Assembly: GCA_965217865.1 (NCBI GenBank)
Contig: CBDCJO010000002.1
Span: 5,120,001 to 5,184,000 of the forward strand
Length of the DNA: 64,000 nucleotides
Source: Candidatus Latescibacterota bacterium
GTDB lineage: Bacteria; Latescibacterota; UBA2968; SICM01
Direction: 5' to 3'
In this document: positions 63,151 through 64,000 of the stretch, piece by piece
How positions within the stretch are numbered: the first letter of the stretch is position 1
How the letters are laid out: the number at the start of each line of letters is the position of its first letter
Translations under genes and position numbers: made by a program
Notes under the pieces: model-generated
Told to the model about the DNA's origin: nothing
What the model saw: the letters and a program-made list of their open reading frames with translations, nothing else
Database searches by the model: none

Positions 63151-63787
63151 AGCTCCGGAATATGTGATTTTCGATCTTCCTGGTTTATAGTGGCGCGTAA
63201 TAGGATTATCCTTGCATTTAACAACGCTGGCCTGGGATGGATGTCCGGACATGAGTCGCGAGTCATCTTGTTTGCTCCCAACCCCGCCCCCAAGTTCGCC
63301 CTTTTTCTTGCTCATCCTAGAAAAAGGGCTGAAAAAGAAGGATGCCGCTCAAACGCCGCGGAGGCTGGGCGCGCCGAAGCCGAAGTGCAAGATGGCAATC
63401 AGGATTTTGTGTGGTCCCGAGAGGGCTTGTGGTTTTACCGTGCTTTGGGTGGAAGGTTAATAAGGAGGGACAGCGTCGCGCCCAAAAACCGATAATATGA
63501 CTCATGTACTGAGAGTACAGTTAGACTTCCGTAAATTGGAGAATCATCTTGTTTGATTCCAACAGATCCCCTAAAGTTGCCCTTTTTCTTGCTACCACCC
63601 CACTGTTTCTTGCTCAGAATATATCAAAGGTTTGGAGATCCACAATACCTGACTGAAAATAGCTGTAACCCGCATTTTGATCCTCCTTTCAGACTCACAA
63701 ATATTGCCCTGAAGGAAGAAGCTAAACTAATCCATCAAAAACCAGGAAGAACCGTGATTTTCGATTGCGTCGTGGACGGATGGCGTT

Positions 63788-64000
63788 ATGAGAGAAAAAT
63801 TGAAACATCCCACTCCTCAAATCGCTCTAGGCCGGGCAGATTGGGGCAACTTCGATAAGGCCGTTGCTAAAGAATGGCTGGTCACAAACGGAATAGGGGG
63901 GTTCGCTTCGGGGACCCTCTGCGGAGCCAATACCCGCCGTTATCACGGTTTGCTCGTGGCCGCCCTGCGTCCACCTCAAGAGCGGACCATGCTGGTTGCA
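63788..64000 (+). CDS. Glycogen debranching enzyme (amylo-alpha-1,6-glucosidase) N-terminus, runs off the right edge
   Basis: KEWLVTNGIGGFASGT..NTRRYHGLLVAAL.PP. Confidence 0.9.
   Translation, partial: MREKLKHPTPQIALGRADWGNFDKAVAKEWLVTNGIGGFASGTLCGANTRRYHGLLVAALRPPQERTMLVA

Overview
Bacterial chromosomal segment of roughly 55% GC (estimated by eye), with most genes on the minus strand. The gene content (Reg_prop sensor, PhyH dioxygenases, BNR and sulfatase pieces) resembles an uncultured FCB/PVC-type heterotroph, but that is inference only. Intact genes include an acetoin-dehydrogenase-type cluster (acoA-acoB-acoC-like-acoX), a SWIM-SNF2 helicase, a run of redox genes, a deoxyhypusine-synthase-like gene, comF, a tandem TMK-like pair-ROK-sucA-sucB-lpdA run, two antiporter-like genes and ssb. 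There are two IS elements: an IS1595-family element and an IS1182/IS5-like element with TIRs and a TA duplication that splits an Ldh_2 gene. About 15 accessory genes are broken by in-frame TAG stops, frameshifts, internal deletions or chimeric junctions, while core genes are intact. The most unusual signal is the repeat landscape: (i) 7-bp tandem tracts of many sequences at gene junctions, (ii) a ~330-bp x3 tandem array of inverted three-hairpin REP-like modules, (iii) a CCTTCGAC..GCTCAGGACAG element found between genes, nested in another REP and in-frame inside proteins. Also notable are a ~350-nt promoter-defined leader with two terminators and a continuous ORF joining a propeller/PAS sensor to AcoA. 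No rRNA, tRNA or CRISPR array was seen. All calls come from reading motifs by eye; no searches were run.
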